Of a stretch of DNA of 64,000 nucleotides, positions 24,928-40,138 are shown in pieces; position 1 is the stretch's first letter, and every line of letters begins with the position of its first letter. The position numbers were made by a program, and so were the translations under genes. Source of the stretch: Eledone cirrhosa (taxonomy: Eukaryota); contig OZ024740.1 of assembly GCA_964016885.1 (NCBI GenBank), positions 244,218,001 through 244,282,000 on the forward strand, given 5' to 3'. The notes beneath the pieces are model-generated. The model saw only the letters and a program-made list of their open reading frames with translations, had not been told where the DNA came from and did no database searches.

Positions 24928-27900
24928 ATATATATATATGTACAACCCATTGATATATACACTTAGCTACACACACAAACCACAGCTACACAGAGACAAT
25001 TACTTGTACTCATATCAAAGCCTACCATCACGAGAATGTTAATTCCTTAATAAACAGAAACTAGAAGAAAATGTGGAAGGGAGCTGTAACAACTCAAGGA
25101 TCACTAGGACCATGTCCTGTGCTAGTTGTTCTTTAGTTCATATTTTTTTTCTTTAGCTAATATTTTTATGTGTGTATATGTGTGCGTTATAGCCACGTAA
25201 TCATCAAAAGTCATCACCATCATTTAACAGCCATGAAGTCATGATGATGATGATGATGATGACACACACACACACCTACTGACAAAGACACATTAACAGA
25301 CACACAAACTCTCTCTCTCTCTCATGTTCTTGCCACATAATCATCAAAAGTCATCATCATCATGACTATCACCATCCTTTAACAACCATCAAATGATGAT
25401 GATGATGATGATAATGACACACACACATACACCAACACACTGACAAAGACACATAAACAGACACACATATATTCAAAATCTCTTTCTCACTTACACTGAA
25501 ACACAGATACACTAACACACATAGACACAAATACACACACACAGATACAAACACAAAAAAAATCAATGTACACACACTGACCCATTCAAATACATACATA
25601 CAGAAATACACACTCAAATGCACACATACATTCAAATATTTACATACACACAGAAACACACATACTTGGGTACACACTGAGAAACACACCCACTCACACA
25701 ACTTGCACTCAGTAGACAGTATCACTGGCTCGATATTAACTTCATTGTGGATACAGACATTGCTGAATGGTTAAGAAGTTAGTTTTGCAATTAAAATCCT
25801 GGGTTCAATCCCATTGCATGGCAACTTAGTCAAGAGTCTTTTACAGTAGGCTTGGGATGTACCTAAACTTATCAATTAAATTGGATAGACAGAGACCATG
25901 TGGAAGCCTGCTAGATGGATCCTACCTGTATTTCAAAAGCCAATACATGTCATAATATATTGTCACACTGTTTCTGCCTGAAAATTACATTAACGGTACA
26001 CGTGTCTGTGGAATATTCAACCACTTACTCATCAGTTCACAAGCTGGATGTTCAGTTGATCAAATGATGAGATGCTTATTGTTGAAACCAAAGAAGGATA
26101 CAACATCATTAACCTTTTTGATACTAAACCACCAGAACTGTTCATTTTAAATTGTTTATATTTATCTAAAAATATTCCATCATAATTTTATATAAGAATC
26201 TTTGTTAAGTTATGTTCCAAACACTAGCTTGATAATGAGAAAGTTCATTATATTATTAAATACTTCATTATTTTAAAAACTATTTGCGAATCATAGACAG
26301 CATCTTGCATTAGAATTATGGTAAAGAAAGAGTTAACTTCATCAATGATCAAACTCAATGTGAATTAAGTATAAATACTTGTTGTTGTTTAGTCCCAGCA
26401 GACCTATGATGAAAGACATTTAAGCTATATCCAACTACCTTTAAAGGTGTGATCTGAGGGAAAATCTGGCTCCTATTTCTAGCTTGGTGGGTGACTTCAT
26501 ATCAGTTCCTTCACTGGCTTGGTATCTATAAAAGGTATATTCTTTCATGGGATATAAACACACACACACACTCACATTCATCCATTGAAAAAGCTGAAAC
26601 TTGGGTTTACATGCAATGAAGAAAGATTGCTCATTTAGGCACAAAGCCTGAAATTTGTGGGGGAAAAGAGAAGTCAATTATATTGAGACCAGTATGTTAC
26701 TGGTACTTTATTTTATTGATGCTGGAAGGATGAAAGATGAAGTCAACCTTGGCAGGATATGAATTCAGAAAGAAAGAGCAGAAGCAAATGCTGCAAAGCA
26801 TTTTATCTGATGCTGTAAGAACTCTGCCAATCAACCACCATTCTACTTCTATTAAAGAATCAAATACAAGAGTGAAGAATAATCTTACTAATTACATCTT
26901 TTCCATGGATTGGATAATACTGTTGTATTTTATACTTAAATATATAGTTTGTTTTATGTAAACAATGTCAACTAAATATCATGAAGTTAAAAAGTTAAAG
27001 TCTGTATTAAATCCGGAGGCTCGTCAGATCATAGCTTATGCCAGTTTCATGTGGTGTTAAGTAACTGAGAATACAAGAATCTCATCTGGGCGGGAAGTCA
27101 GTCCATTGAAGGATTTATCCCCAGCTGTTGCTAGTACACCTTTTTGCCAGCTGAGTGGACTGGAGCAACATGAAATTTACTCAAGAACACATGTCACCTA
27201 GTCCAGGAATCAAAGGCATATTCCTGAGCCAAACAATTAGGCTGCATACTTTTACTGGATATAATAGGAAGGGTGAAAATTGTGACTGAATTCTTGTTTG
27301 TCGTAACACTTCATGGAATTGTTTGTTAGAAGAGGTTTATTTCAATTAAAATAGGAAAAATATTAGCTGTAATGCTTCCAAAATTAATATATTGTTAATA
27401 TATGAAACACTTTTGAGGACCAGTTAGTGAATAGTTGTGATATCATACTGTTAGATATAGACACAGTATAATACATTCATTCATGCAAGCATACACATAT
27501 ATATATACAAGCATGCATACATACATACATGCATATATACATACATGCACATGCACACACACACATACATATATACATGGTGGCTGCCAACTCGTTTTCG
27601 AGTATGGCCACTACTTTATATCCATGTAGGAGAACCCCTACCGATGCGCTGAACGAGTGTAACTTTTTAGTCCAGCCAGCAACTTGAAAACTCTGGTACA
27701 AACACTACACTTGTGACAATTATTGACACATAGTGCTGGGCCCATGGTACCATGTGATGACAAGTGCAGAGAGATCTCCAGATATAAAGCAATGCCTGTG
27801 CTGGGAAGCTTTTATAGTGAGCAAAGGCACTGCACAAAGCCAGTCCCACTCTCTTAACCAAGATGATATTTACCAAAAAGAAGAACAAGTCAACATCATT

Positions 27901-28167
27901 GGATACCATCAGAGTTGCAGGTGTTATATACATACATACATATATACATACATACATGCATACATACATACATACATGGAGAGATGATAATGTCTTTTCT
28001 TACAACCTTGCCTCTAGGAAGGTGGCCGGTCAAAAATATACTCAAAATCAAGAGAAAGAGAGACATACATACATACACACATATTGCTGACGTATAAAAC
28101 ACTGTAAAGGTATGTTAGCAATATTGTTATGGTGTTATTTAGTTAGATTCAGAAACAGTAGCATACC

Positions 28168-28200
<33 letters not shown>

Positions 28201-28598
28201 GCATACACACACACACACACACATGCATACACACACATATATGTGCACAGGTGTACATATACATTTTAAAGGTTAAAAAATGGAAATATCTGAAATTAAA
28301 AGCATTAAGGAAAGTAAGAAAGAATTTAAACATGATTGTAAATTGCTGGCGAGTATATTTGAAACAGTCAGTCCTTAACTGATGTGGGAGAATATGCATG
28401 AAATATATATATATATTCTTAAGGTCAAGTTTGAGTCTAGAGTTTCTCCTGTGTACTGACATAAACTTCATAGTAGAAAGAGTCAAACTTGGCCTTCATA
28501 AAGAAAATATTAATCTCTACCATGGTATTGAGTACTCATTTTTGAAAATGTCAATAATACGCAGAAACATAGACATACATGCACATATTTATATATAC

Positions 28599-28636
<38 letters not shown>

Positions 28637-28775
28637 GAAAAAAAGACTGGATCTACCAACTCATATTATAATATTATATTACAACATTAGATCATAAATT
28701 TTTTAACACTACAAGTGAAATCATTCTTTTCTTTTTTTCAAATATACCAAACTGTACCAAGGATCTCACAGATTT

Positions 28776-28814
<39 letters not shown>

Positions 28815-28816
<2 letters not shown>

Positions 28817-29016
28817 TAAGTTATTCCAGGTTGAATCGGAGGTAACCACAGTAAGTAAGGTACTCAATACATAGCAGAGTATAAAAGTTTTAATATAGAT
28901 GAGATTCTACAGGAATAGAACTGTTTGATTCTTTAGAAATCATCAGGAATCAATGATTCCTGATGATTTCTAAAGAATGAAACAGTTCTAGTCCTGTAGA
29001 ATCTCATCTATATTAA

Positions 29017-29020
<4 letters not shown>
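28815..29020. mobile_element. Fold-back mini-PLE (family D)
   Basis: Arms 28886-28952 and 28954-29020 plus a ~70 bp left tail. HHR in the arms, between (TA)n tracts. Confidence 0.88.
28955..29003 (+). ncRNA. Hammerhead ribozyme (family D)
   Basis: gattc CTGATGA tttc-taaa-gaat GAAA cag-ttctagtc-ctg TA gaatc. The mirror copy at 28903-28951 (minus strand) has CAAA instead of GAAA. Confidence 0.85.
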
Positions 29021-29068
<48 letters not shown>

Positions 29069-29143
29069 GTGCATGTATGTGTATATATATATATATATAT
29101 CAATAATATTAATAAATGGAACATATCTTTATAAAACCAGATT

Positions 29144-29204
29144 TATTTTATTATACATATTTCAAGGGTACCAATATTTTGGTACGCTTTCGTCAGATAA
29201 AATA
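29144..29204 (-). ncRNA. Hammerhead ribozyme (family B, left pLTR)
   Basis: Reverse complement of 32450-32510. Confidence 0.87.
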
Positions 29205-30563
29205 CAATATTTGGTTTAAAGATACTGACATATCTTCATATGAACTTTATGTTATAAGTTCATTGTAGATAGTGATTAAATTTTCAAAACTCAGGATAAA
29301 TATGCTAATGAGGATAACATTAAAACTGAAAAGGACCGTTAAGTTTAGACGCTAGATAGATTTGAAATAATTATCTAAATTGTTTTTTAAAGGAGGTTTA
29401 CTATTAAAATTGAAAAAAAAAAAAAAAAAGTTAAAGTTACTTTAGGAATATTTATAGAAATATGCATATATACATCCAAACATATTTACATGGGTATAGA
29501 AAGAATGGAAAAATTATTTATTTTTTTTAGACATTAAATCTAAAAATAATACAAAATTTATACAAATGGATATAGCTAACTACTATTCTTCAATAACTCC
29601 TAATTTACTTAATAAAGCACTATACACATCAATACATACTGATATATCTAGCAAAGAAATAAACATTATTTTAACTGCACGTAAAACTCTTATTGAATTT
29701 AACAATGATCTCTGGACTAGAGCTGATAGACAGAACAATTTCGATATCCCAATGGGCTCCTCTGGCTCAGCTCAGATAACAGACTTGGTTGGAATATTCA
29801 TTCTTAATGCATTATATAAGAAATTGCTGGAGGTTTATATCGTGATGATGAGTTATTTATAGTTGATAAACATAACAATAGTGAACTTAGCAGAAAAAAG
29901 AAAATTATCATAGACATTTTAAAAATAATTATGGCCTTAAATTAGAAATAGAAAATGATTGTTAATTTCTTAGATGTTACACTAAACTTTAACTCAGGCC
30001 TATATTACCAGTTCCATAAGATTAATGAAAACCTAAACTACGTTAGCTTCTACTCTAACCACCCTAGAAATGTTCAAAAAGCTATAGTTAATAATGTCCA
30101 GCAAAGACTATCTAGACTCTCAGCTAATAAAAATATATTTGATAACAAAGCAGATTATTACAATAACGCTCTACACAGAGCTGGATAAATAATACAATTA
30201 ACTACATAGATAAGAATAGTATACACCAACCTCCTAAAGTTTATTATAATATTAATAATAAACAAATTAACGAAAATAATAAATCAAATTAAAAGCTAGA
30301 ACTAGAAATATAATTTGGTATTCTCCTCCAATTTCATTAGGAATTAAGACACCTTTAGTACACCAATTCTTTAAGGCTCTAAATAAATGTTTTCCTAAGC
30401 CCCATAAGTATCACTCCATTTTTAACAGACATACAATCAAACTCTCTTACTCTACTACTATGAACATAGCACAAAATATTAATAGAATTAATAAGAATTT
30501 AAAATTAAATTCAACCCAAATAAACTCAAATAGCAATAACAATATAACTAATAACATTACGTA

Positions 30564-30745
30564 TAATAATTGTTTCTACTTTTGGCACAAGGCCAGAAAT
30601 TACCCAGTACATTACTAGTACTTTATTTTATCGACCTCGTAAGGATGAAAGGCAAAGTTAACCTCGGCGGGATTTTAACTCAGATCGTAAAGGGACGTAA
30701 CTATGCTAGAAAGCATGTCCGACCCTCTACCGATACTGCCAATTC
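30564..30745 (-). mobile_element. SINE inserted in RT-EN linker of family-B PLE
   Basis: Flanked by gtataataat, with an adjacent (AAT)n expansion. Confidence 0.87.
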
Positions 30746-30748
30746 AAG

Positions 30749-30810
<62 letters not shown>

Positions 30811-32449
30811 CGTTTCTCTAAACAACAATATTAGAAAATGTATTTGCAGAAATAACATATCATGCCCTTTACAGAATAATTGCCTAGATAGAAATTTAGT
30901 ATAAAATTCACCATAAAAACTAGAGATAGATTATATAATTATATAGGAGTTACTTCTACAAAATTTAAGGACCGTTGGTATAATCATAAACAATCTTTCA
31001 AACGATCGGACAAAACATTCTCAACCTCACTATCACAATTAATTTGGTGTTTAAAAGACAGTAATACTGACTATTCGATCTCTTGGCGAAGGATATCGAA
31101 AGCGCCTGTTTACCAGAATATGGCTCTCTCAAGAATTTGTCATCTCTGAATTGAAGAAATCTTTCATATAACTAACATCCTGGTAATATTATAAACAAAA
31201 AAAAAAAGGAAATATTAATTCCTGTTTGCATCGGTTCTCCAGAACATTTCACAATATTACAATTTATAGAAAATACTACACATGGCCTGTATAAGTTGCC
31301 TATGTGCAATATATATATCTTCGGTTGTTTTTAAAAGTTCTTAAATTTATACATAAAATACTTAATATTATCAAATTTATACATAGATATACTTATTGTT
31401 ATCAAAATCTATACATAGAAATGTTTATCTTTTTATTAATATCTAGACCATATCTACTATATGGTGCTCTGAAATCATATATGAATTTTTACTTATATTA
31501 TAATTATAATATAAATTATAATTAATTATTAGGTTAAACATTAGAACAAACAATATATCTTCAAATAATTTGAATTCTTTAAAAACACTAGAATTATCTT
31601 TTTTCTTTAATAAAAGCTTGTTTACATTTCACCTATACGAGACATTCAAACTTTACATACATGTTTAAATTTAAATTTGTATATCTAACCTTATACAATA
31701 ATCGATTATTCATAATATTATACATTTTCTCTATAAAAATTTAATTATTTTCACATTCTTAAGCTATATATAGAAAATGCATATATATCTTCACTCGGCA
31801 TATCCTACCTGTTTTCATAAGTAAACAAAATCTATATTCACACATAACTATTTATGTACTAAATAAATTTTTGAATAATATTATACAATAATCTCTTATA
31901 CTACAATACATTATATTTATTATAACTGCACTCATAATATTGAAATATACCCGTAAAATACATCCAATAGTATATATAAATAAATATAGTAAAATACATC
32001 ATATAGTATGTTTATATAAATCTTTCACATATTAAATTAATAGTTCTCAATTTAATACATTAATTTATAGTTCTCACCTAAATATTATAAATACTTCCAC
32101 ATTATAAAATTAAATAAATAAAAATAAATATAATTATTCCATTCTTTCTATACCCATGTAAATATGTTTGGATGTAAATATGCATATTTCTATAAATATT
32201 CCAAAATATCCCTAAAGTAACTTAAAATTTTTTTTTTTCTTCAATTTTAATAGCAAACCTCCTTTAAAAAACAATTTAGATAATTATTTAAAATCTATCT
32301 AGCGTCTAAACTTAATGGTCCTTTTCAGTTTTAACGTTATCCTCATTAGCATATTTATCCTGAGTTTTGAAAATTTATTCACTATCTACAATGAACTTAT
32401 AACATAAAGTTCATATGAAGATATGTCAGTATCTTTAAACCAAATATTG

Positions 32450-32510
32450 TATTTTATCTGACGAAAGCGTACCAAAATATTGGTACCCTTGAAATATGTA
32501 TAATAAAATA
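32450..32510 (+). ncRNA. Hammerhead ribozyme (family B, right pLTR)
   Basis: tattttat CTGACGA aagcgtaccaa-aata-ttggtaccctt GAAA tatgta TA ataaaata. Confidence 0.88.
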
Positions 32511-34424
32511 AATCTGGTTTTATAAAGATATTTTCCATTTATTAATATTATTGATATTAATTGTACTCCAAAAGCTGTTGAGTGCTTCTAATCTGTTATA
32601 AATTAACTTTGTTGAATAATCAACAAAACAAATAACTCATTATTTATATATATATGTACATGAGAGTGAGAGAGAGATGGATAGGGAGACTGGTTGACTT
32701 CTTTTGGACATAACTTAAGTCAAATACTTATTGATAGCAATATCCAACAGAGGAGGTGTACTCCCCTTAATAACCTGGACTTGAGATTCATACATTAATT
32801 CCACTTTACACTCATGATTATGGAGACAAAACTTTAAAAAATTAAAAGATTAAAAAAAATTAATAAGTTATAAAAGAAAATTCTGTACACACATACACAG
32901 TGCATTTGTTGCAATGCACATGCAACAGTACATGACATGCAATGCAGTGCACATGTGTTACAATGTCATTTTGTAAAACGTTTGGCAATGTTGCTTAAAA
33001 ATGCTTTCATGCAGTTTACAAGAAAAATACAGTAAAGAATTTTGAGCAAATCCAGGATTACAAAAAAAAGAGGTTTACTTTAAGGAATCCCCAACCATCG
33101 CAACCCGCCGTGGCGAATCAATAATTCTCTGTGACACCAATTATTTTAATTGATAAAAAAAAAATAGTTTTCCAAAAATTTTATAAAATCAACATTTGAC
33201 AATTTTTCTTGGGGAAATATTGCAGTTTTTATTTACAGTAAATGTTATGTTGTGGCTCTTATGCATGCCCATGGTTTGTTATGTAACATATTCACAAACA
33301 TTTTTACATTTTATCATATATTTCAAAAGTAAGAGATTATTATATTCACGCCACTTTTATTCATGCAACTGAATTTTGGTCATGATCAATAGACTGGGTT
33401 TTAGTCATGATTATTTGGTTGGGGTGACTGAATTTGAATCATGACTAGTAGATTTTCAACTGAATGTGTGTCACAGTCATTAGCTTGGCAACTGAACTTG
33501 GGTCATGACCATTAGGTTGGGAATCCATAGATCTATTTGAACTTCGACATGAGATGACATATTAAGAGTAGCTTGAGACATATTTGACAGTATAACTATA
33601 TAGTTAAATTGTCTATAATCACACACTGTCAACATGTAACCAAGATTGCATAAAAAGAACATTACTCCTATTTTAACTTTGACATGTGATGTGCTAAAAG
33701 TAGCTCTTAAATTGAGAAATGTTATTTTACAGTGATTTTACTGTTTAATCAGAGAGAGAGAAGGGCAATGACCATGACTATTTTCAGAGCCTCTGAGACT
33801 GGTGAGAGGAAAGTATCCTCAAACCAAAGACTTGGATTAAATGCTTGTAACAGAATGGACACTGCTAGAGACATAAGAACCGGGTGGTGGTGTTAAACTG
33901 GGTGACAAATTAAATCTACCAATCAAATAGGCCATTATAAGATTTGAACTTAAAACACACTCACCAAAACACACTCCAATCCCTGAACTACTGTTGAAAT
34001 GTGTCTTTCTTTTTTCAGGGGCTTCTGAGGATGGTAGAAGGGAAGGAAGAAAGTAACTTCAAACTGGAGACATGGTCTGAATACTTGTAACAGAGTGGAC
34101 TTTGCTAAAGCTACCCAAGGTTCAAGTGGCAGTGTAAGACCTGACAATAGATTATGTCTACCACCCAAGTGAGTTGCAGCAGGATTTGAACTTAAAATGC
34201 AGAGAGCAGTAACAAATGCTACAAAGCAACTCCTCCCTGATGCTCTAACAATTTCACCAATCTACTGAGCTCTAATGGTACCGCAAAAGGATGAAATGCA
34301 AAGTTGACCTTGGCAAGATTTGAACTCAGAGCACAGAACATGTATTGCAAGACATTTTGTCATTATCTCTAATGATTCTGCCAATTTGCTTCTCAGTATG
34401 TCTTTTCTACATCTACTATAATCG

Positions 34425-34547
34425 TTTTCTGAGTTCAAATCCCGCCGAGGTTAACTTTGCCTTTCATCCTTATGGGGTCGATAAAATAACGTACCAGTAA
34501 TACACTGGGTTATTGCTGGCCTTGTGCCTAACGTAGAAACAATTATT
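34425..34547 (+). mobile_element. SINE, 5'-truncated
   Basis: Same family. Older copies also occur near 26630-26840, 34170-34390 and 57945-58625. Confidence 0.82.
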
Positions 34548-34629
34548 AACTCAATCAAATCTTCCAGCTCAATGGTTTGGTTTGGAAGGAGTTGTGCTCA
34601 TAGCCTTTAAAGAGCTTTCAAGATTAGTA

Positions 34630-35130
34630 AAATCAACATGGTTATTGTTGCTCTTCAATATTTGCAAGTTGTTGGCTGCAAAGTCAACATGTGCTGGCAG
34701 GGAATTTCAGAGAGAAAACAATCAGAGCAAGGACTGTGCATAGTGGTTAGTTCAAGGATTGGGGTGAGTAGGAACAATATGGGTGATGAAATAAGGACAG
34801 AGGAGTGAGTCAGTAGTACCTGAATGGAAGAACAAGAGCAACAAACCAGAGCTAAGGAACAGGGGCTACCATAGTAGAGTTGGTAGAAGAACTGGACAGA
34901 GGAGATAACATGTTGTGAGCCAGAAACTATGCAGGGTTATGAGAAAAGAGACAAGGGAATCAAGTGTGCTTAAGTGAAGGTAGCAAGAGACAAGCCAGAT
35001 CTGAGAAGCAGGGGCCACTGTAATAGTGGTAGTAGAAAAAGCAGAGAGAGGATGTCAATGAGAGCCCTTGTCAATGAGTTGAGTGGCCTCTTTTTTGAAG
35101 TGGTACAGACTTTTCCACAATCACAAACTT
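34630..35130 (-). mobile_element. Decayed LINE (CR1/Jockey-like) 3' fragment
   Basis: Remnants resembling LAHRR.VSSL..FY..Y.G.CS and L(W)NSLP. Confidence 0.45.
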
Positions 35131-36329
35131 GTAGCATTTCAAATCATTCCTTAATCCATTCATTAATATGATAATTAACACTATCCTCTGAAACTAACAC
35201 AGAATGCCACCATTCAATATTTCATTAATTTGGATTTGGGAGTTGTCTCTCTTGCCATACTTTACAAGAACTAACCACTAAAGCTACTGATTTTTCTCTT
35301 CAATACAGATGCAATTTTAATTTACCAAACATTAAATATTCTAACCTCCATTTAACTTTACATTCACTCAAATCTTTATAATTCTCTGAAATAATCTGGG
35401 ACCTGGTAAGAATGAACAAGTAAGCATATACTTAATTGAGGATAATAAGTGCAAAGCATATACAAATTTGTCACCATATTTATCAAAGATCTGATACTCT
35501 CCCTACTGTTTGCTCACATTCAATTCATTTTAATTTCGAATTCAGAATTGTCTCTTTTGTCTTTCCTGACAAGAATTAGTCTATAAAACTAACAAGTTTT
35601 CTCTTCATTATAGGTGTAATTTTAATTAAACATTTTTATGAGATCGGGGGTGGAAGTAAGATGGGTTAGAAACTCTCTCACTACATTAAATATGTTAACC
35701 CTAACCAACAATATGGTTGTGTTTAACTATCCTGGAGTCAAATATATGATTGACTATTTAGCAGAACAAAGACTTGTATGATTCTTTATTGAATAGGCTA
35801 TTCTTTACTGAATAATATCACACAGATATCAATTCATTTGACATTAATGAGACATTAAATGAGATCAAAACTTTTGGATAAATCAACTACATTTCAAGTA
35901 TTTATATCAATTATCCTCATATAGGTATGTACTGAGGGTGAGATACACCACTCTCTGGTATGGTTGAGTTAAGAAGTTTGCCTTACAATCATGAAGGGTT
36001 TGATTCTACTGCATGGAAACGTGAGTAAGTCTTTTTACCATTATTTCAAATTTACTCAAGATTTTTTAGTGGAATTTGGTAGATGGAAACTTTGTGAAAG
36101 TCCATTTGATGAATTATACCTTTAATTGAAAGGTCCAGCCTTGTCACACACTTTCATATTGATTCAGCTATGGAATTATGATAAGGATACAAATAATTAT
36201 GGAATACTCAAAAGCACATAATGATTCAGACATTCAGTTGACCCAACTGAATGCTCATCACTGAAACCAACAGAGATCCATCATGTTAGATGTGATGTTT
36301 GGGGCCACTTTATAGAAGGAGTGGTCTTC

Positions 36330-36525
36330 TGGTGCACCCTATTTTATATGTAATGTTTTGGTGCACCCTATGCAAAGTGTGATGTTTTGGTGCAGCTAAT
36401 GCAAGGTGAATGTTTTGGTGCAGCTAATATAAAGTGTAATGTTTTGGTGCAGCTAATACAAGGTGAAATGTTTTGGTGCAGCTAATGCAAGGTGTGATGT
36501 TTTGGTGCAGCTAATGTAAAGTGTG
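36330..36525. repeat. 29 bp minisatellite, about 7 copies
   Basis: Unit gatgttttggtgcagctaatgcaaggtgt. Confidence 0.9.
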
Positions 36526-38714
36526 GACCTAGTTTATGATGTTTTGTAGTGTAACTGATATATAAGTATTAAGGTTGGACACTTTGTTCAATAAAAAGAT
36601 CACCAGTGGAGTTTACAGTAAATCTTTACACAGCACATGAATTAAGACTCAGGTATAAAATCTCAGGGAAATTAAAAGTATGAATTCTTTTGACATATAT
36701 TTTGGATCAGTATTGAACTTTTTTTCTCCACAAATATCCCAGTTAAAAATAATACTGAAAAAATAAATCAAATTAAAGACAACTTCAGTAAAGAAATGGA
36801 AAAATGAATGAATCAATATATAAAAAAGTCGTTCTATTTGAGAAAATAATTTTACCAATTAAAAACCATGCAAGTCCAGTTCTTTATTCTTATTTCATTT
36901 CTTCATTATTAACTAACGTTTTTATTCATATATCAGAAAATTTTTCATCACACCACTGTAACCTTATCTATGTTCTGTCAATTTTCAACTGATTTTTTTC
37001 TTTCTTTCTTGTATTTTTGTACATTGTCAAGTATGTGTGTTGTTGTTGGGCTTACTGTTTTGTTTCCATGAAAACAAAACAAATATACAAACATGCATGG
37101 CAACATTAATACAGGAAGGAAGAAAAATTATTTGGAAATTGACAGAACATTGATAAGATAACAGTTATGTGCGAAAAAAAAAATGTTGACACAATGATTA
37201 AGATAGTTAACAATAAAGAAGTGGCTGAGAACCTATGCATGTGTTTTAATTGGAAAAATGTCCCTCCAAAAATACATCAATATTGGTCACAATGCACAGC
37301 TTCATATAAAGAATATTGCAAAACAAATACAAAAGCAAAATGTCTAAGAAAAATGAACACAGTAGGCATTTTGTGGATGATAAATAATATCTGGCAAGAA
37401 ATATTTTATAATTGAAAAGTTTCCGGAATACTAAAACTTCTTATTGAAGATGTTTGCAAGAATTGTCAGTTGAATAGGAATAAATTGTGTCTGTTGTTAT
37501 ATTTTATTCTGAAATAAAATATTAATTAATTAATTATCTCAACTAGATTATTAACTAATTAGTAAAGTTAAGTATTGATGTTAAATAGAAAAAAATATAA
37601 TTATCATAGCAAATTAGAATCTGCTGCAATTATTAACCCCTAACCTGACCAACTATTTGGCTGAGAAATCTAAATTGACCTCCAAGGTCAAGAGTGGGCA
37701 GTGACAACAAATGTATAACACATAGTAGTAAGATATTACAGTCTCTATTTAAACCAAAACTTCATAATGAATAGATGGGGGGAGGCAGAGAGAGAAAGAA
37801 CTTCTCTCGGTTGGAATATTAAGATGTGTTGTAAAACACAAATTTCTAATCACTAAAATCACATTCTCGGGCAGATTAGCACGAGAGAATGGAGACTTGC
37901 AAGGGACAAGTTAGCCTCCCTAACATTAGTTTCATGATAAAATTCACCCAATACACTATGTAGAGTGATTGGCCATTGAACAGAGACAATATAAAATAGA
38001 AAGGAGTCTTTAGTCTTGTTGAGAACATGAAAACATATCTAATGCTGGTGCCACAATAGAATGCATTCAGTACATTCTGTAAAGTTGTTAGTCTTAGAAA
38101 GTGCATCCACCCATAGATACCATGCCAAAAATAAAAACTGACTCAGACAGGGATGACCCATCTAACCTATGGAGAGTGTGTGTAAAATGATGATAATAAA
38201 ACATTTGTCTTAAAGGTCAGTAAATCAAGATCAGATTGTTTTCTTAGTGTGTACTGACAAATGACCCCTAATACAGAACTATAGTAAAATGTAGCCAGCA
38301 GTGCAGTCCAGTTGTTACATGTGGTAGAGGTAGGATCTTACTTTTTTCATCTTACTGTCAATAAAAAAGACCCAATGGGAAAGTAAAGAAGTTGAAAATG
38401 ATAAAATCTGACCATGACAATAGATAGTGGAAATTCCAAGGGGCTAAATGAAAACATGACATGGATATTAGACTTCATCTTTCACCTGGCTTAACACCAC
38501 CACAAGGCCCTTTGGTGCCTTTAACAGAGTTGACTCTGTTGGAAGCATTTTAGCTAGGTCTTTGATTTGAGGATAATATTTTCCTTTATTCTTCTCAGTA
38601 GTCTTAGTAGTCCTGAAAAGAGTCATGTGTACAGCTTTCTCCCTGACTAAGCTATATTTAAAAAAAAATGATATTTCAACAATATCAAATTTCTTTAAAA
38701 AAAAGACATGAAAT

Positions 38715-38930
38715 TTAGCAGTTCGAGATAGCAGGCAAAGTTTGTGATAGCAGTCAGTTAGTAGATTTTGATAGAAGTCTCAGTTACCAGTTCATGATAG
38801 AAATCCCAGTTACCAATTCATGATAGCAGTCCAAGATAGCAGTCAAGGTTAGCAATTTGTGATTGAAGTCACAGTTACCAGTTCATGATAACAGTCTGTA
38901 ATAGCAGTCAGGGTTAGAGGTTAGTGATAA
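38715..38930. repeat. Degenerate ~21-23 bp minisatellite
   Basis: Recurring gttcatgatagcagtc..gtta. Confidence 0.6.
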
Positions 38931-39935
38931 AAAAAAATAATCCAACACACTAAAGATAATAGTTGAAATATAATTTAAACAATGAAAATACAAACTGTTT
39001 ATTGTTTTAGAGAGGTGTTAGAAGATATCAATTAACACATTGACAATCACTGCTAACAACCAACTGACTATAGATTGATCTTAGCCTCTGGAACTAAGGA
39101 GATATAAAAAAAACAATCCTTGATTTTTCTCATCACATCAAGCAATAACATCACTAGAAGATTTTTTTTAAGCAATAAAATTTATCTTTCTTATTTTATT
39201 TTTTACTTTTTTATATTAAGAACAAGAAAATATGACATGATTTGATTGATGGAAAAATGTTCCAGAATCCAGAATTCAGGTACAAAAAAAAAAACATCTG
39301 CATAGACTGCAAAAGTAAAGCAATATTTTTTTCCACATATTTCTACAATTTTTTTTCTCACGGCTTATTCAATGAAAAAAAAAGGGGATGGAGTGGGAGG
39401 GGAGGCAATATGAAAATGTTTTAAGGGATTTAGAGATTTGGGTATGTTAAAAACCTAAAAAAAAAATGAAAATTATATCATTTTCCTTTCTTTTTTTTCC
39501 ACCTGAACTGTAATGAAGTTATTTTGGTATAAAAATATCAATGACTTTGATACAAAGAAATTTAATATTTTAGTGTAGAATATCAAGCTATTTCTGGTGG
39601 GTTTTGTACACATCAGTTGGGAAATAGGGAGGTGATTGCCGGAGGGAGCTCACTTCTGACATTACATTTTTCATCTCCTTAGTTTCCATTAAACTTTTTA
39701 TATTGTTGGCTGCAGTTTTAGAATTTGAAGACATAGCATTTTTATAACAAAAATTAGTATTGCACATTGTTTAATCTGAGTGTGTGGAGGGGGGGGGGGT
39801 TAAGAGAGAGAAAAAGAGGGAGTGTATATGTATGTGCAAGTCACTGTGTATATTTATGTAAATGTGCAAGAAAGTGTGTGTAAGAGTAAGTATGTGTAAG
39901 TGTAATGAGAAATATGCATGTGAGGATATGTGTGA

Positions 39936-39994
<59 letters not shown>

Positions 39995-40056
39995 AGAGAG
40001 AGCATGTGTTTAAATGGACATATGTGTGTATGTATGACCATGAATATGTGTGTGTG

Positions 40057-40109
<53 letters not shown>

Positions 40110-40138
40110 TGTGTGTGTGTTTGTGCTTCCATGATGAT

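Larger units (their letters stand above)
29097..32646 (+). mobile_element. Degenerate PLE (family B) with ~430 bp inverted pLTRs
   Basis: 29097-~29525 is the reverse complement of ~32120-32557, plus a ~90 bp right extension. Frameshifted RT (MDIANYYSSI, FDIPMGSS, YRDD, NFLDVTL, SNHP) at 29530-30490 and EN (CICR..CPLQNNCL, YIGVT, RWYNHKQSF) at 30835-31267. (TA)n flanks. Confidence 0.93.

Noticed and set aside
36330-36525. 29 bp repeats as a CRISPR array
   Set aside because: The repeats are directly tandem with no unique spacers, and the context is eukaryotic.
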